A stretch of 64,000 bases of DNA, from positions 36,484 through 100,483 of the forward strand of contig DAHUXZ010000003.1 in assembly GCA_027315455.1 (NCBI GenBank). Direction: 5' to 3'. The position numbers were made by a program, and so were the translations under genes. The notes under the pieces were generated by a model that worked only from the letters and a program-made list of their open reading frames with translations, searched no databases and was not told the DNA's origin. Positions 1 to 9,109 of the stretch are shown here, one piece after another; position 1 is the first letter of the stretch; each line of letters begins with the position of its first letter. The DNA comes from Thermoplasmata archaeon. GTDB lineage: Archaea > Thermoplasmatota > Thermoplasmata > Lutacidiplasmatales > UBA184.

Positions 1-1034
1 CCACCTACGATCCCGCCGTCGGTGCCGTCGTCCTCTTCGGCGGCAGCTCGGTCGCCCCGGGCGGGACCCCGGGGACCTGCTACCCGAGCGGAGCGACGTA
101 TCTGTTCCTCAACGGCATCTACACGGTCTCCGCGACGACCCACTCGCCGCCCGCGCTCCTGTTCGCCGCGGGGACGTACGACGCGACGGACACCGCCGTG
201 ATCGTCTTCGGCGGCGCCCAGCAGATCGGGGGGCTCTGCTACTCGGCGTCGACGACCTACTCGCTCTCCGGGGGAGACTGGGGGTCACTCGCGCCGACGC
301 TCGTCACCGCGCCGCCCGCGCGCGACGCGGCCGGCATCGCGTTCGATGGGAGTGAGGGCGTCGTCGTCCTGTTCGGCGGGACCTCGAACGGTCTGTATCT
401 CGGCGACACCTGGGTGTATCCCGCCCCCCTGAACGGCAGCCTCGGAACGACCGTCGGCAACCCGAACGGCACCGTCGGCGGGTCGGGCTCGGGCAATTCG
501 AGCGGAGGCGCGGGGGGAGGCGGCCCGTCCTCGAACGGCACCGGGGCGGCCGTGCCGTTCGAGATCGGCTACTCGATCAGCGCCACCCGGGCCACGGTCC
601 CGTTCACGGTGGTCCTGTCGGCGACGGTCACCGGGGGCACCGCCCCGTACAACTTCACGTGGGACTTTGGCGATTCCTCGCCCGTCGCGGCCGGCCCCTC
701 GGCGTCGCATACCTACCGCGTTCCCGGTTCGTTCGATCCGGTCCTGACCGCCCGGGACTCGGGCGGGGGGCTCGTCGTCGACGTGCTGCCGATGATCGAC
801 GTCCTCGCGGCCCCGCCGGCGAACGCCACCGGCACCTCGCTCATCGGCCCGGGGGCCGTCACCGCGTCCTTGTCCTACGGACTCACCCTGCTCGTCGCGA
901 GCGCCGCGGCCGTGGCGGGGGTCGTCTACGCGTGGAGCCGGTACCAACGCCGTCTCGAGGAGGAAGGGAATGCCATCGTGCGGGATATCGAGGAGACTAA
1001 GAACCCGGAGAAGTTACCCCCACGTACCCGGTGA
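1..1034 (+). CDS. Kelch-repeat / PKD-domain surface protein with C-terminal TM anchor (5' end lies outside the window)
   Basis: Frame 3 is open from base 3 (TYDPAVGAVVLFGG...). It has repeated 'VVxFGG ... Y.GDTW.Y' Kelch-like blades and a PKD motif 'PFTVVLSATVTGGTAPYNFTWDFGD...HTY'. A hydrophobic LTLLVASAAAVAGVVYAW segment is followed by a charged tail. Stop TGA at 1032-1034. Confidence 0.7.
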   Translation, partial: TYDPAVGAVVLFGGSSVAPGGTPGTCYPSGATYLFLNGIYTVSATTHSPPALLFAAGTYDATDTAVIVFGGAQQIGGLCYSASTTYSLSGGDWGSLAPTLVTAPPARDAAGIAFDGSEGVVVLFGGTSNGLYLGDTWVYPAPLNGSLGTTVGNPNGTVGGSGSGNSSGGAGGGGPSSNGTGAAVPFEIGYSISATRATVPFTVVLSATVTGGTAPYNFTWDFGDSSPVAAGPSASHTYRVPGSFDPVLTARDSGGGLVVDVLPMIDVLAAPPANATGTSLIGPGAVTASLSYGLTLLVASAAAVAGVVYAWSRYQRRLEEEGNAIVRDIEETKNPEKLPPRTR

Positions 1035-1040
1035 GGGTCC

Positions 1041-2408
1041 GTGGTCGTGGGTCGCGTGCGGAACCATGCTCGGTCGAAGCGCCGGCGGTCCGCGCTCTCG
1101 CGGTTCGCGGGGTGGATCGCCGTGACGGCGCTGGCCCCGCTTTTCCTCCTGCCGGCCGGCGCGGCGTTCGGCGCGTCCGCGGCCGCCGTCCCGTTCGCGG
1201 TCCAGGTCTCGGCGTCGCCCAGCGCCGGGACGATCCCCCTCACGGTGAGCTTCGCGGCGACGGTGACGGCGGGGGTGCCCTCCGCGGTCGATTGGACCTT
1301 CGGCGACGGGGCGAGCTGGAACGGGACCGGCGTGGCCGCGCTGAACGTGCTCCACCGCTACGTGAGCGTCGGGACGTTCGTCGCGGTGGCGACGGTCATC
1401 GAGACGTCGGGTACGTCCAGCGCCTTCACGCGGGTGAGCGTCGAGAGCGGTCCGCTCAGCGCGGCGATCGCGGTGACCACCGAGAGCGGCGCCGCGCCGC
1501 TCGGCGTGACCTTCCGCGCGCTCGTCTCGGGAGGCACGGGGACGTACACGGCGTTCTCCTGGGCGTTCGGCGACGGGGCCGTCGGGGCCGGGCCGGTGGT
1601 CAACTACACCTATCCGGTCCAGGGCGCCTTCACCGCGACGCTGACCGTTCGCGACAGCGCCAACGACACCGTCGGCGCCTCCGTCCGGGTCAACGTCAGC
1701 GCTCCCACCGCGGCCGCGGCCGGGATCTCGGCATGGTCGGTCCCGACGACCCTCGCCACGGCGGGGATCGTCGGCGCGGGCCTCGCCTGGGGCAGTCTCT
1801 ACCTGGGCCGGCGCCGGCGCGGGAGAAGCGCCGCCAGCTTCGACGAGCCCGACGCGGGGTCCGGTATCCCCCCCGGCGCGCTCGCGGGGGCCCGGGGGAT
1901 GGCGGTCGGGGATGTCTTGCCCGGGGCCGTTGCGGCCGCGGCGGTCGCCTCCGCCTCGATCCCTGCCCCAGCGACCGAGGAGAGCCGTCCCACGGCCACC
2001 GCCCCGGCCCCGGACGGCGTCCGGTCCACCCCCCCACCGTTCCTGCCCTCGCTCCGGAGCGCGCCGGTCGTCCTCGCCCCGCCCCAGGACGAGCCGAAGC
2101 GCTGGTCGCGCGAGGTGGTCGCGTACCTGGGATCGCTACCGATCCTCGGGCCCGACGACATCCCGTCCCTCGACTGGACGCAGAAGGGGATGAGCGAGCG
2201 GCTCGGCACCGGGCAGAACCAGGTGAGCAACGTCCTCCGGCGCCTGGTCGCCGCGGGGATCGTCCATGACCAGTTGGAGCATGTCCAGGGCCAGCCGCGG
2301 CGGCTCAAGGTCTACCGGCTCACCCCGCGGGGAGAGGCGCTCGCCCGCGAGGTGCGGCGCCGACGCGCCGCCGCGCAGGGGCGCCCGGCGCCGTACGGTC
2401 GGACCTAG
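1041..2408 (+). CDS. Single-pass membrane protein: signal peptide, two extracellular PKD domains, TM helix, Pro-rich linker, C-terminal winged-helix (MarR/ArsR-like) DNA-binding domain
   Basis: GTG start. Basic N-terminus plus hydrophobic stretch IAVTALAPLFLLPAGAAFG. Two PKD signatures (PLTVSFAATV...WTFGDG...HRY and PLGVTFRALV...WAFGDG...YTY). TM helix TLATAGIVGAGLAWGSLYLG followed by RRRRGR. C-terminus reads GMSERLGTGQNQVSNVLRRLVAAGIVHDQLEHVQGQPRRLKVYRLTPRGEALA. Confidence 0.7.
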   Translation: MVVGRVRNHARSKRRRSALSRFAGWIAVTALAPLFLLPAGAAFGASAAAVPFAVQVSASPSAGTIPLTVSFAATVTAGVPSAVDWTFGDGASWNGTGVAALNVLHRYVSVGTFVAVATVIETSGTSSAFTRVSVESGPLSAAIAVTTESGAAPLGVTFRALVSGGTGTYTAFSWAFGDGAVGAGPVVNYTYPVQGAFTATLTVRDSANDTVGASVRVNVSAPTAAAAGISAWSVPTTLATAGIVGAGLAWGSLYLGRRRRGRSAASFDEPDAGSGIPPGALAGARGMAVGDVLPGAVAAAAVASASIPAPATEESRPTATAPAPDGVRSTPPPFLPSLRSAPVVLAPPQDEPKRWSREVVAYLGSLPILGPDDIPSLDWTQKGMSERLGTGQNQVSNVLRRLVAAGIVHDQLEHVQGQPRRLKVYRLTPRGEALAREVRRRRAAAQGRPAPYGRT

Positions 2409-2432
2409 CCGGTCCGCTACACGGGCGCGTCC

Positions 2433-2711
2433 CTACTTGTAGGTCGAGTGGTGCGCGGCGCCCTCGTCGTCGACGATCGTGATGCACTCGCCCTCGCACT
2501 CGAACAGGCACGCCTCGCAGACGATGCAGTCCGGGCCCGCGATCACCGCGGACTTCTCCGCCCGGAACTGGAACTTCGCCGCGACGCTCGGGTCATCGAC
2601 GATGCCCGGGAAGGCGTCCCTCGGGCGCATCTCGAACACCGTGACCGGACAGACGTCCCGGCAGTGGGTGCAGCCGGTGCATTTTTCGTGGGCGACCTCG
2701 ACGGAGACCAT
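2433..2711 (-). CDS. 4Fe-4S dicluster ferredoxin
   Basis: 92 aa with Cys clusters CTGCTHCRDVCP and CIVCEACLFECEGEC. Confidence 0.8.
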   Translation of the reverse strand: MVSVEVAHEKCTGCTHCRDVCPVTVFEMRPRDAFPGIVDDPSVAAKFQFRAEKSAVIAGPDCIVCEACLFECEGECITIVDDEGAAHHSTYK

Positions 2712-2738
2712 GGGAATCGCGGGTCCACGACGGAACGG

Positions 2739-2745
2739 TATTTAG
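2739..2745 (-). promoter_or_regulatory. TATA-box-like element (CTAAATA on the minus strand) about 28 nt upstream of the ferredoxin ATG; suggests a leaderless mRNA
   Basis: Isolated AT-rich heptamer in an otherwise GC-rich spacer. The spacing to the start codon at 2711 fits an archaeal TATA-to-TSS distance. Confidence 0.4.
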
Positions 2746-2862
2746 CGGGTCTCCCGCGCCGGTGCACCGTGGGCCGATCGCGACGTCGGCCGGTGCGATA
2801 GGCGCCACCGGGGGGCGTCCGCCCGCGCAAACGCCTTTACCCCGGCCTCGGGTTCGCTCTCC

Positions 2863-3759
2863 GTGACCGCCCCCCCCACCGCAGTTTCCGGGCCGCTCGC
2901 CGGGAAGATCGTCCTGGTCACCGGGGCGACCTCGGGCATCGGGAAGGTCATGGTCGGCGCGCTCGCCGAACGGGGAGCGACGGTCCTGGCGGCGGGACGC
3001 AACGACCAGCGGTGCCGGGCCACGATCGCCGAGGTCCAGGCCCGCGTCCCGGCGGCGAACATCCTCGGTATGGTCCACGACCTCGCGGAGACGTCCGGGG
3101 TGCGCGGGCTGGCGGCCGAGGTGACGGCCGCCTACCCCGGGGGGATCGACGTCCTCATCAACAATGCCGGGGCCGTCTACGCCCGGCGCGAGGAGACGGC
3201 CGAGGGGGTCGAGCGGACGTTCGCGCTCAACGTCGTCGCGCCGTTCCTTCTGACCCAGCTCCTGCTCGACGGCCTTCGGTCGCGGGCTCCCTCCCGGGTC
3301 GTGATGGTCGCCTCCGAGGCCCATCGGATGGGGCGGATCGACCTCGACGACCTCGAGCTGCGCCGGCGCTACTCGGGGATGGGCGCCTACAACGCCTCCA
3401 AGCTCGCGCTGATCCTCCTGACGCGAGAGTTCGCGCGTCGCCTCGGCCCGAGCGGGGTCCGGGTCAACGCCGTCCACCCGGGGTTCGTCCGGACGCGCTG
3501 GGGGCTCAACAACCGCGGCTGGCTCGGCGGCGGCGTCCGCGTCGCCGCGGCCCTCTTCGCGATCGGCCCCGTCGCCGGGGCGCGGACGCCGCTCGCGGTC
3601 GCAAGCGAGCCGGAGTTCGCGGACCTGACGGGGGCGTATGTGGTGAGATCGCGGGTCCGCCCCGGCTCGCCGAGGTCGACCTCGACGGAGAGCGCGGGCC
3701 GGCTCTGGACGTCGCTCGTCGACCGGCTCGGGGTCGACCGGACCGCCGCCGCGTCCTAG
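2863..3759 (+). CDS. Short-chain dehydrogenase/reductase (SDR) family oxidoreductase
   Basis: GKIVLVTGATSGIGK Rossmann motif, NNAG motif, and YNASK catalytic Tyr-x3-Lys. Confidence 0.85.
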   Translation: MTAPPTAVSGPLAGKIVLVTGATSGIGKVMVGALAERGATVLAAGRNDQRCRATIAEVQARVPAANILGMVHDLAETSGVRGLAAEVTAAYPGGIDVLINNAGAVYARREETAEGVERTFALNVVAPFLLTQLLLDGLRSRAPSRVVMVASEAHRMGRIDLDDLELRRRYSGMGAYNASKLALILLTREFARRLGPSGVRVNAVHPGFVRTRWGLNNRGWLGGGVRVAAALFAIGPVAGARTPLAVASEPEFADLTGAYVVRSRVRPGSPRSTSTESAGRLWTSLVDRLGVDRTAAAS

Positions 3760-4700
3760 GCCGCCGGCGCCACCGGTGGGGGCGGAGCCCCGGTGCCCGA
3801 GGGACGGGGAAGGAGGGTGTCGAAAACGGCGGCGAAGTCCGCATCGCCGAGGCCGGCCGCGATGGCGGCGTCGTAGAGCCGGCGGATTTCGCGTCCGAGG
3901 CGGGTCGACCGGCCGACGTCGCGTCCCGCCGCCTCGACCAGACGGACATCCTTGTCGGCGAGGCGCAGCCGGAAGTGGGCCGGATAGCTCCGCTTTCGGA
4001 ACATGTCCGCCTTCCGATCGAGCATCGTCGAGCGGCCGCCGCCGGTGGACAAAAGGTCGATCGTCCGCTGGCGGTCGAGGCCGAGGCCCTCGGCGAGGGC
4101 GAGGGCTTCGGCCGCGAGGGCGACGTGGCCGATCGTGAGGAGGTTGTTGACGAGCTTCATCGAGGAGCCGCCGCCGACGCCGCCCAGGTGCTCGATGCGC
4201 ACGGAGAATCGCTCGAGGTAGGGTCGGGCGCGCTCCAGGTCGGCCGCCTCGCCCCCGGCGAAGACGGTGAGGCGTCCCTCTTCGGCGAGGTCCGTGCTGC
4301 CGCCGACCGGGGCGTCGACGAAGTGGATCCCGCGCTTCGCGAGCCGCTCCGCCGTGGCCCGACTCTGCGCCGGGCTCACCGTGCTGAGGTCCACGACGAG
4401 CGCCCCCGCGGAAAGCCCGCGGGCGACGCCGTTCCGTCCGAAGAGGACGGCGCGGACGGCCGGATGGTCCGTGACCATCACGAAGACGATGCCGGCCGAA
4501 GCCCGCCGGCCGACGTCGATCGGTCGATCGGCGACGGCCGCCCCCGCCTCCCCGATCTCCCGCGCGCGCTCTGCGGTGCGGTTGTAGACGACCAAGGGAA
4601 CCCCTGCGGCGAGCAGCCGCCGCGCGATGGGGGCCCCCATGAGCCCGAGGCCCACGAGTCCGACGGAGAGGGGCGGGACGAGGGGGGATGGCGCGTGCAT
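3756..4700 (-). CDS. NAD(P)-dependent beta-hydroxyacid dehydrogenase (3-hydroxyisobutyrate / 6-phosphogluconate dehydrogenase-like)
   Basis: VGLVGLGLMGAPIARRLL dinucleotide fold and a GGSTDLAEEG-type motif. I moved the start to the ATG at 4700 (MHAPSPLV...). The upstream part of the 395-aa ORF looks non-coding. Confidence 0.8.
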   Translation of the reverse strand: MHAPSPLVPPLSVGLVGLGLMGAPIARRLLAAGVPLVVYNRTAERAREIGEAGAAVADRPIDVGRRASAGIVFVMVTDHPAVRAVLFGRNGVARGLSAGALVVDLSTVSPAQSRATAERLAKRGIHFVDAPVGGSTDLAEEGRLTVFAGGEAADLERARPYLERFSVRIEHLGGVGGGSSMKLVNNLLTIGHVALAAEALALAEGLGLDRQRTIDLLSTGGGRSTMLDRKADMFRKRSYPAHFRLRLADKDVRLVEAAGRDVGRSTRLGREIRRLYDAAIAAGLGDADFAAVFDTLLPRPSGTGAPPPPVAPAA

Positions 4701-4800
4701 GCGTTGCGGAAGGTCGCTAGGGCTTATCTGTTGGCCGGCGACCGGGCGGCTTTGGCCGCCGCCCCCTCCCGCGTATCTGTCTACGAGGCCGTAGCGTCGC

Positions 4801-5652
4801 GTGGCCGAGACGGCGCCGAGCCCCCCCATCGTCCACACTATCGGCCACTCGACACGGAGCGTCGAGGTGCTGATCGACCTGCTCCGGGCCGCCGACGTCC
4901 GCCGGGTGATCGACCTCCGCACCATCCCCCGGTCCCGGCACAATCCCCAGTTCGACCGCGCGACCTTCCCCGACTCCCTGGCGGCCCACGGGATCGGGTA
5001 CCGGCACGCCCCCGAGCTGGGAGGCCTGCGACGCCCGGCGCGGGACTCGGCGAACGGGGGCTGGCGGAACGCGTCGTTCCGCGGATTCGCCGACTACATG
5101 CAGACCCCGACCTTCGACCGGGCGATACGGGATCTCGTCGAGGAGGCGCGCGCCACCCCGCTCGCGATCCTCTGTGCCGAGGCCGTGCCGTGGCGATGCC
5201 ATCGGTCGCTCGTCGCGGATGCGTTGGACGTCCGGGGGGTGCGGGTGCTGCACATCATCGGCGGGCGGAGCCCCTCGCCCCACGTCCGGACCGCGTTCGC
5301 GGTCGTCGACGGGGAGCGCCTCCGTTACCCACCGGTGCCGGTGGCCGCCCATCCGCTCGAGTCGTTCGGGGGTTCCGCGGGACCGGGGACGGGGGCTCGG
5401 CTACCGAAGAGACGGCCGATCGCCCGGAGGGAGCGGTTGGGGGAGTCGCGGTTCCCGGATCCCGGGCCGCCACTTCCGGCCGGTCGCGCCGGCGGCGTCG
5501 GGGCCCCGGCCAGCGGCGGAGTCCGGAGGGAGCCCTCGGCCGGCACGCCGAACGGGTCGAAGCCCGGGCCGAGGCGACCTACCCGGCCGCGGTCGGAGCC
5601 GACCCGGGGCGCGGGGGCGGACCCCACCGCCGGCGGGGACAGGACCAAATAG
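4801..5652 (+). CDS. DUF488 family protein with a low-complexity C-terminal tail
   Basis: IVHTIGHSTRSVEVLIDLL...VIDLRTIPRSRHNPQF...GIGYRH.PELGG...CAEAVPWRCHRSLV matches the DUF488 pattern. GTG start. Confidence 0.7.
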   Translation: MAETAPSPPIVHTIGHSTRSVEVLIDLLRAADVRRVIDLRTIPRSRHNPQFDRATFPDSLAAHGIGYRHAPELGGLRRPARDSANGGWRNASFRGFADYMQTPTFDRAIRDLVEEARATPLAILCAEAVPWRCHRSLVADALDVRGVRVLHIIGGRSPSPHVRTAFAVVDGERLRYPPVPVAAHPLESFGGSAGPGTGARLPKRRPIARRERLGESRFPDPGPPLPAGRAGGVGAPASGGVRREPSAGTPNGSKPGPRRPTRPRSEPTRGAGADPTAGGDRTK

Positions 5653-5674
5653 CCGGGCCGGGCTTGCCGCCCGC

Positions 5675-6049
5675 GTGGGGGGCCGCACGCGCGTCGTCTC
5701 CGGGAGGTGGCATGCCTACCTTCCGGGGATCCGCCAGCGCATCGTCCTCAAGGGCCCGGTCGTTACCCTTGCCCTGTACCGTCTCGATCCCGGGACCCAT
5801 TCCCCGCTCCATCGCCACCAGGAGGCGCAGATGGGCATCTGTATCGAGGGTTCCGGGCTCCACCGGGTGCTGCTCTGGGTCCGGCACGGCCGGTCGACGC
5901 GTGGGGAGATGACCGAGATCCGCGTCCAGGCCGGCGACGCCTACTACATCCCGCCGCTGACCCCCCACGAGTTCATCGCCGACCCGAAGGAAGGGGCGAC
6001 CGTGGCGGACCTCGTCACCTACCGTGTCTACGGCAACCCGCCGCTGTGA
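5675..6049 (+). CDS. Cupin domain protein
   Basis: Cupin motifs PGTHSPLHRHQEAQMGICIEG and GDAYYIPPLTPHEF. The only in-frame start downstream of the DUF488 gene is the GTG at 5675. The long N-terminal part of ORF 5174..6049 overlaps DUF488 and was discarded. Confidence 0.6.
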   Translation: MGGRTRVVSGRWHAYLPGIRQRIVLKGPVVTLALYRLDPGTHSPLHRHQEAQMGICIEGSGLHRVLLWVRHGRSTRGEMTEIRVQAGDAYYIPPLTPHEFIADPKEGATVADLVTYRVYGNPPL

Positions 6050-6123
6050 CGCCGCGGGCTCGGCACGGAGCGAGCCGCCGCGCGGGCGGGCCTCCACCGC
6101 CGGCGTCGCCGCAGGAAAAGCCG

Positions 6124-6903
6124 GTGGCGCTCGTGACGGGGGGCGGGACAGGGATCGGGCTCGCCATCGGCGAGCGTCTCGCGCGCGACGGCTACGACCT
6201 CGCCATCGCGAGCCGTTCGGCCGACCACCTGCGGGCCGGGGCCGAGCGGCTCCGTTCGGCCGGGGCGCGCGTCCTCGAGGTCCCGACGGACGTGCGCGAC
6301 GCGGCGCAGGTCGAACAGCTGGTCGACCGCGTCCGCCGCGACTTTGGCCGCCTCGACCTCCTCGTCAACAACGCCGCCGGCAACTTCATCGCGCCGGCCG
6401 AGTCGATCTCCCCGAACGGCTGGCGCGCCGTGGTCGGCATCGTGCTCGACGGGACGTTCCTCTGTTCCCGGGCGGCCTTCCCGTTGCTCGTGGCCTCGCC
6501 GCGCGCGGCGATCGTGAACATCGTCGCCGCGTACGCCTGGATGGCCGGCCCGGGCACGGCCCCCTCCGCCGCGGCGAAGGCCGGGGTCCTCGCCCTCACC
6601 CGCACCCTGGCCGTCGAGTGGGCCCGCCACCGCATCCGGGTCAATGCGGTCGCGCCCGGACCGGTCCGCACCGAGGGGACCGACCGCCAGCTCTGGGTCA
6701 GCCCGGCCCTCGTCGAGGCGATCGTCGCCGGCATCCCGATGGGCCGGTTCGGCACCCCCGAGGAGATCGCCCACGCCGTCGCGTTCCTCGCGTCGCCGGA
6801 GGCGGGGTACATCACCGGCCAGGTCCTCGCCGTGGACGGCGGCCAGTGGCTCGGCAGGGGGGTGCTCGACCTGCTCGCTCACGTGCCGGCTCGCACCGAC
6901 TAG
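6124..6903 (+). CDS. SDR family oxidoreductase (enoyl/dienoyl-CoA reductase-like)
   Basis: VALVTGGGTGIGLAIG, NNAAGNF and PGPVRTEG motifs. GTG at 6124 is the first in-frame start after the cupin stop. Confidence 0.8.
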   Translation: MALVTGGGTGIGLAIGERLARDGYDLAIASRSADHLRAGAERLRSAGARVLEVPTDVRDAAQVEQLVDRVRRDFGRLDLLVNNAAGNFIAPAESISPNGWRAVVGIVLDGTFLCSRAAFPLLVASPRAAIVNIVAAYAWMAGPGTAPSAAAKAGVLALTRTLAVEWARHRIRVNAVAPGPVRTEGTDRQLWVSPALVEAIVAGIPMGRFGTPEEIAHAVAFLASPEAGYITGQVLAVDGGQWLGRGVLDLLAHVPARTD

Positions 6904-8726
6904 TGCGGGCCGGGCGCCGCCCCGGCATCCCCGGGAGCGGCGAGATGGACGCGCAGGAACTCGGCGGCGCGCGTCCAGGCGACGAGGCGGTTCTCGAGCC
7001 GCACGATCCCGTGTCCTTCGTCGTCGAAGACGAGGAGGTCGACGGGCCGGCCCCCGCGCTGCATCGCCGCCACGATCTGCTCGGCCTCGTGCAGCGGGAC
7101 GCGGGGATCGTTGCGGCCATGGATGACGAGGAGCGGGGCCCGGATGCGGTCGGCGTGGGCGACCGGCGAGATCTCCTCGAGGAAGGCGCGGTCGTGCTCG
7201 AGACTGCCGTACTCGGCCTCGCGGATCCGCCTCCGCCACGGACCGGTCCGCTCGAGGAACGTCACGAGGTTGGCGATCCCCACGAGGTCGACGCCGGCCC
7301 CGAAGAGCTCCGGGTACGTGCCCATCGCCGCTAGGACCATGAACCCCCCGTAGCTCGCGCCGAGGATCCCGACCCGCCCGGGGACCGCCCGGCCCTGGCG
7401 GACCTGCGCGTCGAGCAGGTCCTTGAGGTCGCGCACCGAGTCCATGCGCTTTCGCACGTCGTCCAAATGGACGAACGTCCGGCCGTAGCCGGTGCTGCCC
7501 CGCACGTTCGGCGCGAGGACGCGGAAGCCCTCGCCCGCCAGGAACTGGAGGAACGGGTTGAACCCGGGCCGCGCCTGGGACTCCGGTCCACCGTGGACGT
7601 AGACGACGGTGCCGCGCAGGGTCCCCCGGGGGGCGTACTCCCAGAAGGGGATGGTCACCCCGTCCCGCGCCCGGACCCGGTCGAGGCGCGGGAAGACCGA
7701 CGCGGGCGGATCCGCCGCGGGGCGGGTGAGCCGCCGCTCCTTCCCGGTCTCCACCGCGCGGCGGTAGACGTCGACGCTGTCGGCCGAGCTCACCTCGTAG
7801 GCGAACGCGGAGGAGTCGGGGAGCCACGAGAGGCCCCCGATGACCCCGCGCGGGCCGGAGAGGACCGCCCGGTCCTCTCTCGTCATCGGGTCGAACAGGT
7901 GCGTCTCCCCGAAGCCGTCCCGGTTGACGACGAGGGCGAGCAGGGAGGAGCTCGGCGCGGCGACGAGCTGCTCGACGTCCCCGGCGAACTCCCGCACGAA
8001 CTCGTGGTGGGGGACCCCGGGACGGAACCGGACGAGGGCAGTGAGCTCGCGACCGGGGTTCGCCGCGGCATAGACCCCGTCCGGCCGCAACGCCGCCCCG
8101 TGCACGGTGACCTCCGCGGTGTGCGGGTTCAGATGGACGACCCGCTCGCCCTCGAGGAGAAAGAGGTCCGCGTCGAGGTTGGTGGTCGCCCGCGCGAAAA
8201 GGACCCGGTCCCCTTGCACGTCGAGGACGATGTGGGTCCCGTCGCCGGTGAAGAGGCGCGCCGGGGGGGAGGGCGGGTCGATGCCGATCCGGTAGAGGTC
8301 GAAGAATCGGGGGTCCCGCGCGTTCGAGGCGAAGAGGTAGGCGCGTCCGTCCTCGGTCCATCGGCCCGAGGCGTGGACCACCTCGGGGGCGCTCGTCAGC
8401 GGACGAAGGGCGGCCCCGGGGCCCTTTCCCCGGCCGAGGTCGAGCAGCGCGAGCTGCCAGTGCTCATCGCCTCCGCGGTCGACCGAGACGATCGCTTGGG
8501 GGGCGGTGGGAGAGGCCTGCACGCCCCCGATCCGGTCCGCACCGGCCGTCAGCGGCCGGGACGGGCCCCCGGCCGAGGGGACGGTCCAGACCTGGGGGTG
8601 GCCCGTGGCGTTCGACAGGTAGAGCACCGACTCCCCGTCGTAGGTCACCGACGGGGCGTAGGCCGAGGGGACCTCGAGCCATCGTCGCAGCCGGCCGGTC
8701 GGGCCCTCGGGACCGGGAGTGGGCAC
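6900..8726 (-). CDS. S9 family serine peptidase (prolyl oligopeptidase / acylaminoacyl peptidase-like): beta-propeller plus alpha/beta hydrolase
   Basis: Nucleophile elbow GILGASYGGFMV, C-terminal HGRNDPRVP...DDEGHG (Asp/His of the triad), and a long N-terminal propeller region. Confidence 0.85.
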   Translation of the reverse strand: MPTPGPEGPTGRLRRWLEVPSAYAPSVTYDGESVLYLSNATGHPQVWTVPSAGGPSRPLTAGADRIGGVQASPTAPQAIVSVDRGGDEHWQLALLDLGRGKGPGAALRPLTSAPEVVHASGRWTEDGRAYLFASNARDPRFFDLYRIGIDPPSPPARLFTGDGTHIVLDVQGDRVLFARATTNLDADLFLLEGERVVHLNPHTAEVTVHGAALRPDGVYAAANPGRELTALVRFRPGVPHHEFVREFAGDVEQLVAAPSSSLLALVVNRDGFGETHLFDPMTREDRAVLSGPRGVIGGLSWLPDSSAFAYEVSSADSVDVYRRAVETGKERRLTRPAADPPASVFPRLDRVRARDGVTIPFWEYAPRGTLRGTVVYVHGGPESQARPGFNPFLQFLAGEGFRVLAPNVRGSTGYGRTFVHLDDVRKRMDSVRDLKDLLDAQVRQGRAVPGRVGILGASYGGFMVLAAMGTYPELFGAGVDLVGIANLVTFLERTGPWRRRIREAEYGSLEHDRAFLEEISPVAHADRIRAPLLVIHGRNDPRVPLHEAEQIVAAMQRGGRPVDLLVFDDEGHGIVRLENRLVAWTRAAEFLRVHLAAPGDAGAAPGPH

Positions 8727-8841
8727 GGCCGGCCGTGAGCGGCCCGGGGGGATAACCCCTCGGCCCGGCTCGCGCCGAAGGTTAATGGCCCGAGACGCCG
8801 TAGGGGCGCCGGAGCGGGCGGACGACCCCGCCCGACGGGGA

Positions 8842-9102
8842 ATGCTGGTCGAGCGGGTGTTCGAGCTCGGCGGGATCCTGACGATCGTCTTCGGAGCCGC
8901 CCTCGCCGTGCTCCTCTACGCGACCGACGCCGGGAGCTACGGGGTCGGGATCTTCCTCGGCCCCCTTCTCCTGATCGGGTTCGGCGCGTTCTTCATCGGG
9001 GTCGGTCGTCAGGCGCGGGCGGATCGTCAGGCGCTCCTCGCCCTGGCCGGGGGGTCGCGGGGAACGGGCCCGGCACAGCGCCCACCGCCCGGGGGCGGGT
9101 GA
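8842..9102 (+). CDS. Small hypothetical 2-TM membrane protein (start uncertain; alternatives at 8785 or 8719)
   Basis: Two hydrophobic helices, GGILTIVFGAALAVLLY and GIFLGPLLLIGFGAFFIGV. No recognisable family. Confidence 0.35.
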   Translation: MLVERVFELGGILTIVFGAALAVLLYATDAGSYGVGIFLGPLLLIGFGAFFIGVGRQARADRQALLALAGGSRGTGPAQRPPPGGG

Positions 9103-9109
9103 ACGCCGG

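Noticed and set aside
5174-5674. N-terminal 167 residues of ORF 5174..6049 as part of the cupin protein
   Set aside because: This segment overlaps the DUF488 gene out of frame and is Arg/Gly/Pro-rich. The cupin barrel begins only after 5700, so the start was moved to the GTG at 5675.
3012-5912. Very long ORFs in alternate or antisense frames (for example 3012..5912, 6028..8361, 24915..27482, 28698..31046, 40774..44322 N-terminal part, 61319..63853)
   Set aside because: Their translations are Arg/Pro/Gly/Asp-rich low-complexity sequence with no motifs. They overlap genes with strong family signatures in another frame. This is the classic artefact of stop-codon-poor, high-GC DNA.
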